A DNA stretch of 63,855 nt, filler included. It is 5 parts of 5 records of this genome, joined end to end, with 100 filler letters (N's around TTAATTAATTAA, not from the genome) between each part and the next. Parts side by side here need not be neighbours in the genome. Positions count along the whole stretch, not along the records: positions 32,232 to 45,283 come from SRR31156797_15712; positions 45,384 to 58,743 come from SRR31156797_15715; 3 more parts are not named here. One strand, given 5' to 3'. Made by a program: the position numbers and the translations under genes. Numbering within the stretch: position 1 is the first letter of the stretch; every line of letters begins with the position of its first letter. Under the pieces are notes generated by a model, which did no database searches, was not told the DNA's origin, and was given only the letters and a program-made list of their open reading frames with translations. This document shows positions 41,066-50,719 of the stretch, one piece after another.

Positions 41066-42133
41066 ATGACTGTATTATCCGGCTTCTCAGCCGACCTTTA
41101 CAACAATGCGACGCTGCTGACGCAGATGCAGAAGTTCTACGAACAGCAGGCAACGCAGAAAACCGACAAGATCACACATCGCTACGATTCGCGGATCAAT
41201 TCGGTCAATCTCGAGGCCGACCGCTGGCGGGCGGTGCGCGAAGGCCTTCAGGACGCGCGCGGGGTCATTGCCGAAGCGTCGTCGCGGGCAAAATCGATCC
41301 GGGACAGCATCCAAAGCATGATCCTGGCCGTCAACAAGGCCGGGCAGAACGATGACGATGTCATGGGTTCCGAGGTTTACGCGGGCAGCTTCGACGCTTC
41401 CCTGCGCGGGATCGACAGTACGGCCGTCGGCACGACGAAAAGCCCGAATTTGCTGGGCGTCGCCAAACAGGAGTTGACCTACCGCGCCGGTATCAACGGC
41501 ACCACGGTGACCGTCAACAGCGCCTTTGTCGGCAGCGACTATCACATCATCGACAGCGACGGCAAATACTGGGATCTGGACCGTACGGCGAAAATCCTGA
41601 AGCAGTACGACGACTTTCCCGACGACCCGACCGGCAAGGCGGGAAATTTCGCAACCGGCATCAGCCTGAACGACCTTGCGGGCGACGATATTAGCTTCAC
41701 CATCGGCCCCGACACCGCATCGCCGGAAACCGTGAGCGGAACCCTCTACCGCAAGGGCCTGCACATCCTCGATTCCTGGGCCTACGAAGGACTGGCGACG
41801 GAAGAAGGCCGGCAGGCGGCGCTGGCCGATCTGAAAACGGCCGAGGCTTCCATCGACCTGGAAGTGCGACGTTACGAGATCGCTTTTACAACGGTCAGCT
41901 ATTACGACGATATCGCCACTCAATCGATCACGGGCTTACGCAAGGAGACCGACCAGTACCAGATCGACAGGGCGATCGAAATCCAGCAGACCCAGGAAAA
42001 GCTGGCGCGTGACTATCAGACCGCCAACAACTCGGTCGCGATGTCGCTGTCGATGCAGAACCAATACGCCAAGATGTTGAACCCGCTGTTCGAGAACAAA
42101 TTCGCCGTGGCGCTGCTCAACATCCTCGCCTAG
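41066..42133 (+). CDS. hypothetical protein with flagellin-like architecture
   Basis: Helical coiled-coil N- and C-termini around a Gly/Thr/Asp-rich middle; next to Maf and nonulosonate genes. Confidence 0.55.
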   Translation: MTVLSGFSADLYNNATLLTQMQKFYEQQATQKTDKITHRYDSRINSVNLEADRWRAVREGLQDARGVIAEASSRAKSIRDSIQSMILAVNKAGQNDDDVMGSEVYAGSFDASLRGIDSTAVGTTKSPNLLGVAKQELTYRAGINGTTVTVNSAFVGSDYHIIDSDGKYWDLDRTAKILKQYDDFPDDPTGKAGNFATGISLNDLAGDDISFTIGPDTASPETVSGTLYRKGLHILDSWAYEGLATEEGRQAALADLKTAEASIDLEVRRYEIAFTTVSYYDDIATQSITGLRKETDQYQIDRAIEIQQTQEKLARDYQTANNSVAMSLSMQNQYAKMLNPLFENKFAVALLNILA

Positions 42134-42253
42134 AGCCGGTCGAACCTGTCCGGCAAGACAAACCCCCGCGGTCCAACCGCGGGGGAATATGAACATCTGA
42201 TGCCGGCACGACAATCCGTCAGGGCCGCGGGTCGGTCCTAAAGCAAGCTGACA

Positions 42254-44260
42254 CTAGGTTAACTGGTTCGAGGTTGACTGGTTCGAATCGAGCACACGCT
42301 TGCCTATCTCGCTAAGCTCGGTTTTTCCCTCTGCCATCTCGCTCAGCAGAACCTTGGTTTCCTCGGCCATCCACAGGCAGATTTCCAAATAATTGTCGAG
42401 AAAGAACTCGAAAAAGCGTTTTCTGGTCTTCCGGTTGTTGACCCGCGTTCCGGCAAAAGCCCCCAACCGGACCATCGAGGCATAGGTACCGCCAATGATC
42501 TGCAGCACGCCCTTGTGCTCGGACCAATCGTCAAACCAGAATTTCTCGATGCGTTTTTCGAATGCCCAGAATCCGTCGTCCTGTTCTTTGGCGGTTTCGA
42601 CCAGCTTCTTGAAAAATTCGGCAAATTCTTCGCAAGCGTCGGCGTGCGGTTTCAGGTCGATCTTCTTGAGCATTTCACCGGCCCCGAAGGCCGGCAGTTT
42701 TTCCTCGATCCGGGAAAGCACGCTGTCTTGCCGATTGGGTTCGCTGTCCAGCTTGATGGCGGCCGACACCTTCGGGCGGGTCCCGTCGATGCGGGCGCCG
42801 TCACTGCAATTTACGATGGTCAGATGGCGGGCCTGCATCAAGGCCGTCAAACTGCGCCGCGACAGATCCAGCGACCACGACGTCAAAATGCGACCACCGA
42901 AGTTGCCCGGCACTTCGCGTTCGAAACCGGCATCGGGGCGATCGTGCGGGTCGATATCGAATTCGTCCTGGTAATAGATGGCGTCCTTGGCGTGGTGCTC
43001 GCCGGTGACATGCCGGCCACAGTCGACCCCGAACAGGTAGATGTTCTGAAATCCCAAATAGGCGGAAACGGCGCAGGCGGAATTGGCAACCAACGGATCG
43101 GCATAGGGCAACGGCTCTGTCCCGCCGGACAGAAGCTTGCTGGAGCTGAGCGGGGCACGGTGATAGAACCAGCGTCTATCGAACAGGCCGCTCGCCTCCG
43201 CCTGCAGGGTTGCCGTCGCAACCAGGCGGATTCCGCCAAGTCCGTATTCTTCGCTGAATCCCCGAAGATTTTTGACCAGCGGCAGGGTGTTCTCGTTCTC
43301 GACATGCAGGTCCGGCCGGATACCGTTTTTCAGCAAGATGCCGAGGGAGGTTCCGCACGAAAAGACGATGGCCCGATCGCGCCATTTTTTGATGAAGGGA
43401 AGATCACGGTCCAAAGACGGCCCCGACCCGATGACGAACATCGGATAATCCTGCTCGATACGCGGTTGCCGTTCGATCAGATGGAAAGGCCATTGGCGAA
43501 GATTCTGATAGGTGTTCCGCATCATCAGAATTTCGTCCTCGAAAAATCCGGATGACAGATAGAACACCTTGATTTTTTCGTTCAGCAGGCTGCGGGCCTC
43601 GCGCAACGGCCAGGAATAGTAGTGCAGATAGGCATAGGACCCGTCCAGGAACGTCGCCCCGCACCGCCGGATCACCGTTTCAATGCCGTTGACCATACCG
43701 GTCGGGTCGCAACCGATAATGAACTGAATCGAAATGTCCTTTTTCCGGGCGTCGCGGATGATCTTCGTCCAATCGATCGCATACATGGAATGAAGAATAA
43801 ACTCGGGAACTGGTTCCAATAGAACCAGGTTATGGGCCACCCTTCGCCGAACCAGTTCCGACAGGTGATAGCCCAGCCCGACACCGAACACGAAAGCAAA
43901 CCCCGTATCGACAACCGGATACGGAGACGCCTTTTGCCGCGGATGTTCAACGAAATAGTGGGCGATCCTTCGCAACATGTCGACCGAAACAGGCGACAGA
44001 TTGCAGTGGGCCGGATCTTCGAATCCCAGCCGATCCGGTTTTTGGAAATACTCATCGATCTGGTTTTCGGTCCAACCGGGGGCCGGATCGGGATAAAGCT
44101 GAATGTCGCCGAGATTGATGTTGACCGGTGTCTCGCCGTCGAAAACCGGCGTCGAGACTGTCTTCGCGATCCGTTCGATTGCGGCCCAGATTTCCGGAAA
44201 ATAGCGTTTAAACGCGGTGCGGTTCCGCCGAAACAGGGCCGACCGGTCTAGGTCCGCCAT
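42254..44260 (-). CDS. motility associated factor (Maf, DUF115) flagellin glycosyltransferase
   Basis: VFGVGLGYHL, GFFEDE, IGSGPSLD, IYLFGVDCG, NCSDGARI. Confidence 0.88.
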   Translation of the reverse strand: MADLDRSALFRRNRTAFKRYFPEIWAAIERIAKTVSTPVFDGETPVNINLGDIQLYPDPAPGWTENQIDEYFQKPDRLGFEDPAHCNLSPVSVDMLRRIAHYFVEHPRQKASPYPVVDTGFAFVFGVGLGYHLSELVRRRVAHNLVLLEPVPEFILHSMYAIDWTKIIRDARKKDISIQFIIGCDPTGMVNGIETVIRRCGATFLDGSYAYLHYYSWPLREARSLLNEKIKVFYLSSGFFEDEILMMRNTYQNLRQWPFHLIERQPRIEQDYPMFVIGSGPSLDRDLPFIKKWRDRAIVFSCGTSLGILLKNGIRPDLHVENENTLPLVKNLRGFSEEYGLGGIRLVATATLQAEASGLFDRRWFYHRAPLSSSKLLSGGTEPLPYADPLVANSACAVSAYLGFQNIYLFGVDCGRHVTGEHHAKDAIYYQDEFDIDPHDRPDAGFEREVPGNFGGRILTSWSLDLSRRSLTALMQARHLTIVNCSDGARIDGTRPKVSAAIKLDSEPNRQDSVLSRIEEKLPAFGAGEMLKKIDLKPHADACEEFAEFFKKLVETAKEQDDGFWAFEKRIEKFWFDDWSEHKGVLQIIGGTYASMVRLGAFAGTRVNNRKTRKRFFEFFLDNYLEICLWMAEETKVLLSEMAEGKTELSEIGKRVLDSNQSTSNQLT

Positions 44261-45283
44261 CAATTATCCTGCTTTTCCGAAGTCCCGTCCGGACAGACTG
44301 ATTGCCAAAGATCAAGATAGGCGGCCTCCAAATCGGCGGCCCGCGCCGAATAGTCAAAAACGGGCGCCGACGACAGGCGTTCCCGGATGTCCTCGGCGAA
44401 TGCTTCCCGTGCCGCCGCATCTCCGGCCCACCGAACCGCCATTTCAACATAGGCCTCCGGTGTGTCGGCGACGAGATCGCCATCCAACCCGGCAAAATGC
44501 AACATGCTGCCGATCGTTCTTCTGTGCTTGGCATCGCCTTTCCAGCAAACGACCGGAAGGCCGGCCGTAAGCGCCTGTGCCACGACGTCGGTCCGTGTCG
44601 ATTGGCGCGGCAGCAGGAAAACATCGGCATAGCCTAAAAACTCGGTCAGTTCGATCGAAGAGATGATGTCGACCCGATGTGCCATCCCATGATTGCCGAA
44701 CATCCCGATCAGCTTCGGCAGCGCCGTCGCATTGTGGAACCCGCGGTCGTAAAGGATAAGCGAAGCGTCCGGCAGCGCTCTTAAAACGGCAACCCAGGTT
44801 TCGACCGTATCGGGTGTGACCTCGGCGAGCGTAACATCCGCGGCCAGCAACGGGCCGTCGCCTTCCTCGGGGATTTCCGCCGTACCGGCCGACGGAAGCG
44901 GCAACTCGGCAAAGGTACAACCGGTTTTCAAGCGCACCGGCTTCTCGGCATAGGGCGCGATTTCACCGTCCTCCGGATCGAGATAGGAGTCGGTCAATAG
45001 CGCGTCCATGTTTGCAAGGCCGGTCCCGTAAGGACAGCCGTCCCATGAAATCTGCAACGGCGCCATGCGCACGCCGAAGGCCGTCAAAAGCGTCGGCGTC
45101 GCCCAGCCACTGACATCCACCAGGATATCGACATCCTCGGCCGCCACCAGCGTGCCGAAGGTCAGCGGATCGGTATCCCGCGTGTCGAGCCAGGTTTCGA
45201 AGCACTTCTGAAAAACGATATTGAACGAATCGGAAAGCTGTCCCGACCCGAATCCGATGACACGGAATTTATTCGAGTCATGG
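44260..45283 (-). CDS. O-GlcNAc transferase/SPINDLY-like GT41 C-terminal region (5'-truncated, degenerate)
   Basis: DILVDVSGW, MAPLQISW.G.PYGTGL, GLPVV, YVEMAV, LEAAYLDLW. Confidence 0.75.
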
Positions 45284-45383
45284 NNNNNNNNNNNNNNNNN
45301 NNNNNNNNNNNNNNNNNNNNNNNNNNNTTAATTAATTAANNNNNNNNNNNNNNNNNNNNNNNNNNNNNNNNNNNNNNNNNNNN
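45284..45383. other. artificial contig linker
   Basis: N44-TTAATTAATTAA-N44. Confidence 0.98.
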
Positions 45384-45592
45384 AGGGCTTTTCTGCGTTC
45401 TACGAATGGCCGCTGCACTACGAATTTCCAGCTTAATTAAGCATTGGGTAAGATGATTATTAAATTGAAGAATGCCGTGAAAAAGATTTATTGCTTTCAT
45501 TTTCAATGGATGGGATTTTGAAAAAAACAATCATTGCCACTGACGGTTTTGTTTGGGATGTTCTGTAAAGATTAAATGTCGTTACATGGGAG

Positions 45593-46234
45593 TTGCTTGT
45601 GGCTGATATTAAGGCTGTCTCCAAGATTATACCTATTCGTAATAAAGAGCTTACAAAAAAGCGTCTTATCAAGGCAGTGGGTAAAGTCGTTTCTGAAGTC
45701 GGATTTCAGCAACTAGGTGTAAATCTCGTAGCTCGAGAAGCTGGTGTTGATAAGAAGTTAATTTATCGATATTTTTACGGTTTACGTGGTTTGATGGCCG
45801 CATACAGTGAAACTGTTGATTTTTGGCCTACAGCAGAAGAGTTGCTGGGTGATGACAAACATCGACTGAAAAATATGTCGTCACATGAATTGATGTCGTT
45901 ATTTTTTAAGCGATATTTGAAGGCTATTTTGCGACGCCCACACACGCTTGAAATCTTGGCATGGGAAGCTCTTGAGAGAAATGAGCTGACTAAAGTTTTG
46001 GAAGAGGTACGTGTTAAAACCGCTCTTGAGTTTTTTGAAATGATGGAGCAGGAACCTACACAGGATGTTGATTTGACTGCATTGGTGCTCGTCATGGCCG
46101 GTGCTGTTAACTTTCTTGCTGTTCGTTCTCGAATTCACCAAAGTCTTGGTGGAGTGGATTTGCAATCTGAGGCAGGATGGAAGCGTATCGAAGATACCCT
46201 TGATCTCATTTTTATGAGGACGTTAGGAATATAG
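45593..46234 (+). CDS. TetR/AcrR-family regulator
   Basis: TKKRLIKAV..GF..LGVN.VAREAGVDKKLIYRYF. Confidence 0.9.
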   Translation: MLVADIKAVSKIIPIRNKELTKKRLIKAVGKVVSEVGFQQLGVNLVAREAGVDKKLIYRYFYGLRGLMAAYSETVDFWPTAEELLGDDKHRLKNMSSHELMSLFFKRYLKAILRRPHTLEILAWEALERNELTKVLEEVRVKTALEFFEMMEQEPTQDVDLTALVLVMAGAVNFLAVRSRIHQSLGGVDLQSEAGWKRIEDTLDLIFMRTLGI

Positions 46235-46264
46235 AAAAGCCCATGAATTCAATTCATGGGCTTT
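46234..46264. terminator. bidirectional terminator
   Basis: AAAGCCCATGAATT/AATTCATGGGCTTT between convergent genes. Confidence 0.7.
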
Positions 46265-46287
46265 GAGATAATTGAAAATTTTTTTAA

Positions 46288-46680
46288 TTACTTGTTTTTG
46301 CCTCGCTTCGTCCAAAGCTTCATTTCCTTCATTTTTTTGCGGCGTTCACGTTGAAGGGATTTGCATACCAACGGTAATTTTTTCTTATATCCAAATTTCT
46401 CTCGGTATTCTTCCGGAGTCAGGTCATGACTGGCGAGGTGCTTTTTTGTAATTACTTTGAATGTTTTACCGCAAACACAGCAAAGGATGGATTTTTCTCT
46501 GATAGCTTTTTTAGGGTCTATTGCTGGCGAGTCGGCTGTTGAAATATTTTCGCCGTCTGCGATAGCCTTGATACCCGCAGCAAGTTTTTGAACCATGGAA
46601 GTTATTTCATCTTCCGTCATTGTACGAACACTTGCCTGAGCTTTAACTATTTCCAGCGCTTCTTTTAGATAGTCTTCCAT
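46288..46680 (-). CDS. MucR/Ros-family zinc-finger regulator
   Basis: ILCCVCGKTFK..KHL..HDLTPEEYREKFG..PLVC. Confidence 0.88.
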   Translation of the reverse strand: MEDYLKEALEIVKAQASVRTMTEDEITSMVQKLAAGIKAIADGENISTADSPAIDPKKAIREKSILCCVCGKTFKVITKKHLASHDLTPEEYREKFGYKKKLPLVCKSLQRERRKKMKEMKLWTKRGKNK

Positions 46681-46969
46681 GTGTATCTCCTTGATATACG
46701 TATAGAATATGTTCTGTTATGCGTGTTGTAAAGGGTGGAGTGACATTCATTCTCAAAAATACCAATAAGATAATAATACATTGTATAAAGTTTGGCTTGT
46801 CAAGTGGAATGAGAAAGACGTTATTACATTAAAATATGAGCAAATTTTGCCAACATGTCTCTATTTGCAAATTAGGAGAGGCAACACCTTGATTCTGGTG
46901 TCTTGGTAACGTATGTTTAAACATGAAATTTAGGTAACTGGATAATAAAGTATCAACGGAGAAGGTCTT

Positions 46970-47422
46970 ATGGATTCTGAAGACAATAAAGTCCGCAAGT
47001 TAGAAACGGCTCAGACTGTCGAGGATTGTATAGAAGAAGAGGTTCAGGCTGATGAACCGACTGCCAGTATGGTCGAAGCAAACAGGGATATGAGTAAGGT
47101 CGCGATTATTGTATCGCTACTTGTCGGTGTCCTGTTAATAATTTTTTTCTTTGGGATGAACCGGAATATTGCAGGTTTAACCGATGAAGTAAAAAGTCTC
47201 GGTCTCTTGCGTGACGACGTTTCCAGTCTTGATAACCGTATGGTTGATATGGAGAAGGGAATCCCTGTTCAAATTAAGAAGATGATTGCGCATGACATGG
47301 TAAACGAAATGGCTATGAAAGCCGCTTATCTGGGAAATACCATGGACGATGAATTGATGCGTAATAAGATGCAGGATGTGTTGAATACACTTAAGGAAGT
47401 GCGAGCCGGTCTCGAAGAATAA
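46970..47422 (+). CDS. hypothetical single-TM coiled-coil protein
   Basis: Acidic N-terminus, one TM, coiled coil; terminator at 47448-47477. Confidence 0.75.
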   Translation: MDSEDNKVRKLETAQTVEDCIEEEVQADEPTASMVEANRDMSKVAIIVSLLVGVLLIIFFFGMNRNIAGLTDEVKSLGLLRDDVSSLDNRMVDMEKGIPVQIKKMIAHDMVNEMAMKAAYLGNTMDDELMRNKMQDVLNTLKEVRAGLEE

Positions 47423-47499
47423 ATTTTTCTAACATAGATGATATTGAGCGCATCGGGATACCCGGTGCGTTTTTTTTGTTTTTATGTTTGATGATTCTA

Positions 47500-47584
47500 T
47501 GTTCATAGCTGTTCATAATTGTTCAAAATAGCCTTGACATGAAGCAGTTTTTTGCATTATGAACAAGGTGAAGAGCAGTGATCA
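47500..47584 (+). promoter_or_regulatory. phased TGWWCA motif array around a putative promoter
   Basis: TGTTCA at 47500, 47510 and 47520; TTGACA 47534; TGAACA 47560; TGATCA 47579. Confidence 0.5.
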
Positions 47585-47599
47585 ACAAGGGTTGAATGT

Positions 47600-48487
47600 A
47601 TGAATAAGAAATTTATTAGCCTGAGAGAAGTTGGTCGGCAGTTGGACATACCGCCGTCAACAATCGTCTATTATAAAGATAAGTTTGAAAAATATATCCC
47701 ATCAGAAGGCGGGGCAGGGCGTCGTCCTCGGTATCCCGTCGAAGTTTTGGAAATCTTCAGGAGGATTCGCACAATGTTCAATGACAACTGGTCCACTGAA
47801 CAAATTGAAAGAGAATTAGCTCTTAAATTTAGTGTGTTAATGACTGATCAACAACATGATCAGTCATTTGATCAATCTGCTTCCTCAAAAGAGGTTGTTG
47901 AACTTGCCGGTGTGCTATCACGCATGTCTGACGTGCTTGATAATCAGTCTCTTTTTCAGAGTGAGATACGTTCTCTTCGTGACGAAGTGGCCGCATTAAG
48001 GGACGAGCATGTTGAACGTGAGCGAGTGCAACGGGGGGAACTTGAGTCCTTGCGAGTGGAGCTTGCTTCATTAAGGCGTCGTATTTCTGGTCGTGGTGTA
48101 GGTGGCGGGATTGATTTTCCTCCAGCTGATTTTCTTGCCAGTCCTCTTGTTATAGCCTCCGGTGGAGAGTTTTTGGGTGTCCAGGGGAAGGGGAAGAAAG
48201 CTTTTTCTTTGGAAGATTTTGTTCATCTTATAGAGCGGAAGCAGTCCGATCATGTCGGTGTGGAAACATCTTGGCGATTGCAGGATAACCATTGGGTGTT
48301 GGTTGTTCATACTGAAGATGCAGAGACCGGACGTGAGCAGGATGTTGTTTTAGTTGCTAAAAAAACTGTGACTCCGAGTAATAATACCGTGACTGAGATT
48401 ATACGGTTGAATATTGATGGAAACGATGCTCCTGATGCGCTGTTGTTAACTCTTTTCAGGCAGTTGAGAATGGTTTTTAACGGTTAG
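47600..48487 (+). CDS. MerR-like HTH protein with coiled coil and unknown C-terminal domain
   Basis: ISLREVGRQLDIPPSTIVYYKDKF..GRRPRY...IERELA; coiled coil EIRSLRDEVAALR. Confidence 0.8.
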   Translation: MNKKFISLREVGRQLDIPPSTIVYYKDKFEKYIPSEGGAGRRPRYPVEVLEIFRRIRTMFNDNWSTEQIERELALKFSVLMTDQQHDQSFDQSASSKEVVELAGVLSRMSDVLDNQSLFQSEIRSLRDEVAALRDEHVERERVQRGELESLRVELASLRRRISGRGVGGGIDFPPADFLASPLVIASGGEFLGVQGKGKKAFSLEDFVHLIERKQSDHVGVETSWRLQDNHWVLVVHTEDAETGREQDVVLVAKKTVTPSNNTVTEIIRLNIDGNDAPDALLLTLFRQLRMVFNG

Positions 48488-48610
48488 TTTTGTTTTTTAT
48501 TTAATGATAATCTAGAAAAACTCTTGATTCCTTTGGCTGTATTGCTTATATAGCTACTGCTAAATAAACCACAGGTTGTATGTTTCGCCGGTTCGTTTGG
48601 AGGAGACGGT

Positions 48611-49039
48611 ATGCCCCAGGTCGCAGCAAGAATTACACATGATCAGGAAAAATGGCTCAAGGACTACTTCAAGACCAAGAGTGCTGGTGCTGAATTTATC
48701 CTACCGTGGGCCGTGGATGTATTTTTTAAATCCATTCGCAATGTCTCCAGTGATTTCTCGGTTGCCGAGCTGAAGACCATTTTGGAATCACATAAGGAAG
48801 TGAAACTCCTGCCAAATCAGTCGAAGCAGGCTTATCTTCTTCTTCGGGTTGAAGAGGCTTGTGATGAACATAATGTTCACATTCAGCATGGCGCGAGTAA
48901 GTCCAATCTTGAAGTTAAATTGCGTCGATTGACGGATCTTCAGGCAACAGCCCTCATGATTTGGGCAACAGCGTATTGGGTCAGTAAGGCTTGGAACGGT
49001 GTTTCCGTGGAGGACTACGTCAAGTTGTCCTGCGGTTAG
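48611..49039 (+). CDS. hypothetical protein (possible N-terminal ribbon-helix-helix)
   Basis: GGAGG RBS; alternating QVAARI strand followed by helices. Confidence 0.65.
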   Translation: MPQVAARITHDQEKWLKDYFKTKSAGAEFILPWAVDVFFKSIRNVSSDFSVAELKTILESHKEVKLLPNQSKQAYLLLRVEEACDEHNVHIQHGASKSNLEVKLRRLTDLQATALMIWATAYWVSKAWNGVSVEDYVKLSCG

Positions 49040-49135
49040 GCTTTGGCCCTCGGGCCACTTTATTTTTTTGATGCGATTGTCCCGTTCAGGTGGTATTGCC
49101 TGCGGGTGATCGTTTTTTGTTTTTGGAGGTTTAGT

Positions 49136-50515
49136 GTGGATCGACTCCCATGTATATTGACTATTGCCGGATCTGATTCTGGTGGTGGAGCAGGTATTCA
49201 AGCCGATCTCAAGGCGATAACGATGCTTGGAGGATACGGAGCAAGCGTTATTACTGCGTTGACAGCTCAGAACACCAAGACAGTTACTGGTATTCATGCG
49301 CCTTCGGCCAAGTTCGTCGGTCAACAGCTCTCGACAGTTCTCGATGATATCACAGTTGATGCCGCCAAGACCGGGATGTTGTTTTCCGCTCCGATTATCG
49401 AATCAATCGCATCTTTGCTGGTTGATCGTGATTTTCCTTTGGTTGTCGATCCGGTCTGTGTTGCTACGTCTGGTGCGAAACTTTTGAAGGATGAGGCCGT
49501 GGAGGCCATGGTCGAATTGATGTTTCCTTTGGCAGACGTCTTGACGCCCAATTTGCCTGAGGCAGAACTTTTTACCGGAATGTCCATCAAGAGTCGGGAA
49601 GATGTCTTTGCTGCTGCAAAGATTTTAATGGGTATGGGGCCGAAGTCTTTGCTTATAAAGGGGGGGCATGCGGATTCTTTTGCTGTCACTGATTGGTTTT
49701 TTACGTCCGGTGCAGAGCCTGTCCCCCTTATGCAGCAACGGGTAGATACCGAATGCACACATGGGACCGGGTGTACCTTGTCGGCAGCGATCGCGACAGG
49801 ACTCGGCCAAGGGCTTGACCCTGTTGCCGCTATTGTCCGTGCTCAGGAATATTTGAATTTTGCTTTGCGTGCAGGGTTCAGGGTTGGGGAAGGTGGCGGT
49901 CCGCCTAACCACTCGGCACCTTGGTTAAAAGAACGTGCACGGCAAGATGTCATGGCTCAGGTGGATGCTTTAGCACGGAAGTTGACAGCGGCAGAAGGAG
50001 CGCAACTGATGTTCTCTCGGAAGCGGGGGAACGTGGCCGTGGCTCTACCCTTTGCAGGCGATCGTACAGAAGTGGCCAGTTTGTCTGGTGGTTTTTTTCC
50101 GATGGCGAATGGGAAAATTGCCGTGGTTGGTTATCCTGAATTTGGGGCCTCATTTCGTACAGCCTCTGCGCTTTTGGCCGCTCGTAGATTACGTCCGGAA
50201 TTGGGGGCAGCTGTAGCCTTAAGCGGACAACCTGTTCTTGTGTCTGCTCTTGAGAAGGCCGGAGTGAATATCGTGTGGCTCGATCAGGGACGTAAGCCCG
50301 ATTATATAAAGGTTGAAGATGGAGGATTGGAAGAGTGGGGAGCCTTTGAAATTCTCAAGGAGCATGCGGCCCCAGAGATGGTTGAGGGTATGGGGGATCC
50401 CGGTGGTATAGGACGTGAGCCGGCGGTGTATGTTTGGGCTTCGGACACTGACGCGCTTGTAGTCCTGTTGCGAAATATTGCAGAATCCACATCATCTCCC
50501 TTTGGCGAGGTGTAG
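49136..50515 (+). CDS. thiD: HMP/HMP-P kinase fused to a ThiN-like domain
   Basis: LTIAGSDSGGGAGIQADLK, KTGML, THGTGCTLS; C-terminal PEFGAS...GGIGREP. Confidence 0.88.
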   Translation: MDRLPCILTIAGSDSGGGAGIQADLKAITMLGGYGASVITALTAQNTKTVTGIHAPSAKFVGQQLSTVLDDITVDAAKTGMLFSAPIIESIASLLVDRDFPLVVDPVCVATSGAKLLKDEAVEAMVELMFPLADVLTPNLPEAELFTGMSIKSREDVFAAAKILMGMGPKSLLIKGGHADSFAVTDWFFTSGAEPVPLMQQRVDTECTHGTGCTLSAAIATGLGQGLDPVAAIVRAQEYLNFALRAGFRVGEGGGPPNHSAPWLKERARQDVMAQVDALARKLTAAEGAQLMFSRKRGNVAVALPFAGDRTEVASLSGGFFPMANGKIAVVGYPEFGASFRTASALLAARRLRPELGAAVALSGQPVLVSALEKAGVNIVWLDQGRKPDYIKVEDGGLEEWGAFEILKEHAAPEMVEGMGDPGGIGREPAVYVWASDTDALVVLLRNIAESTSSPFGEV

Positions 50516-50585
50516 ATTTCCGCATTTCTTCAACCTGTAAGGTTGACATATCTGGAGGAGCTTGCTTAATAAGCACGTTCTTTTC

Positions 50586-50671
50586 GCGGGCGTGGCGGAA
50601 TTGGTAAACGCGCCAGATTTAGGATCTGGTACCTCATCGGTTTGGGGGTTCGAGTCCCTCCGCCCGCACCA
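50586..50671 (+). tRNA. tRNA-Leu (anticodon TAG)
   Basis: Acceptor GCGGGCG/CGCCCGC, anticodon arm CCAGA-TTTAGGA-TCTGG, long variable arm, GTTCGAGTC, encoded CCA. Confidence 0.95.
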
Positions 50672-50719
50672 AAAATGCCATATTACTAGTCTTGCAAGAC
50701 GTTTCAGGAGGATACATTC

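Noticed and set aside
32918..45205. Many long overlapping antisense or alternate-frame ORFs in the GC-rich contig (e.g. 33722-34747, 39480-40733, 42515-43555)
   Set aside because: Shadow ORFs of well-supported genes, expected at high GC, with no recognisable motifs.
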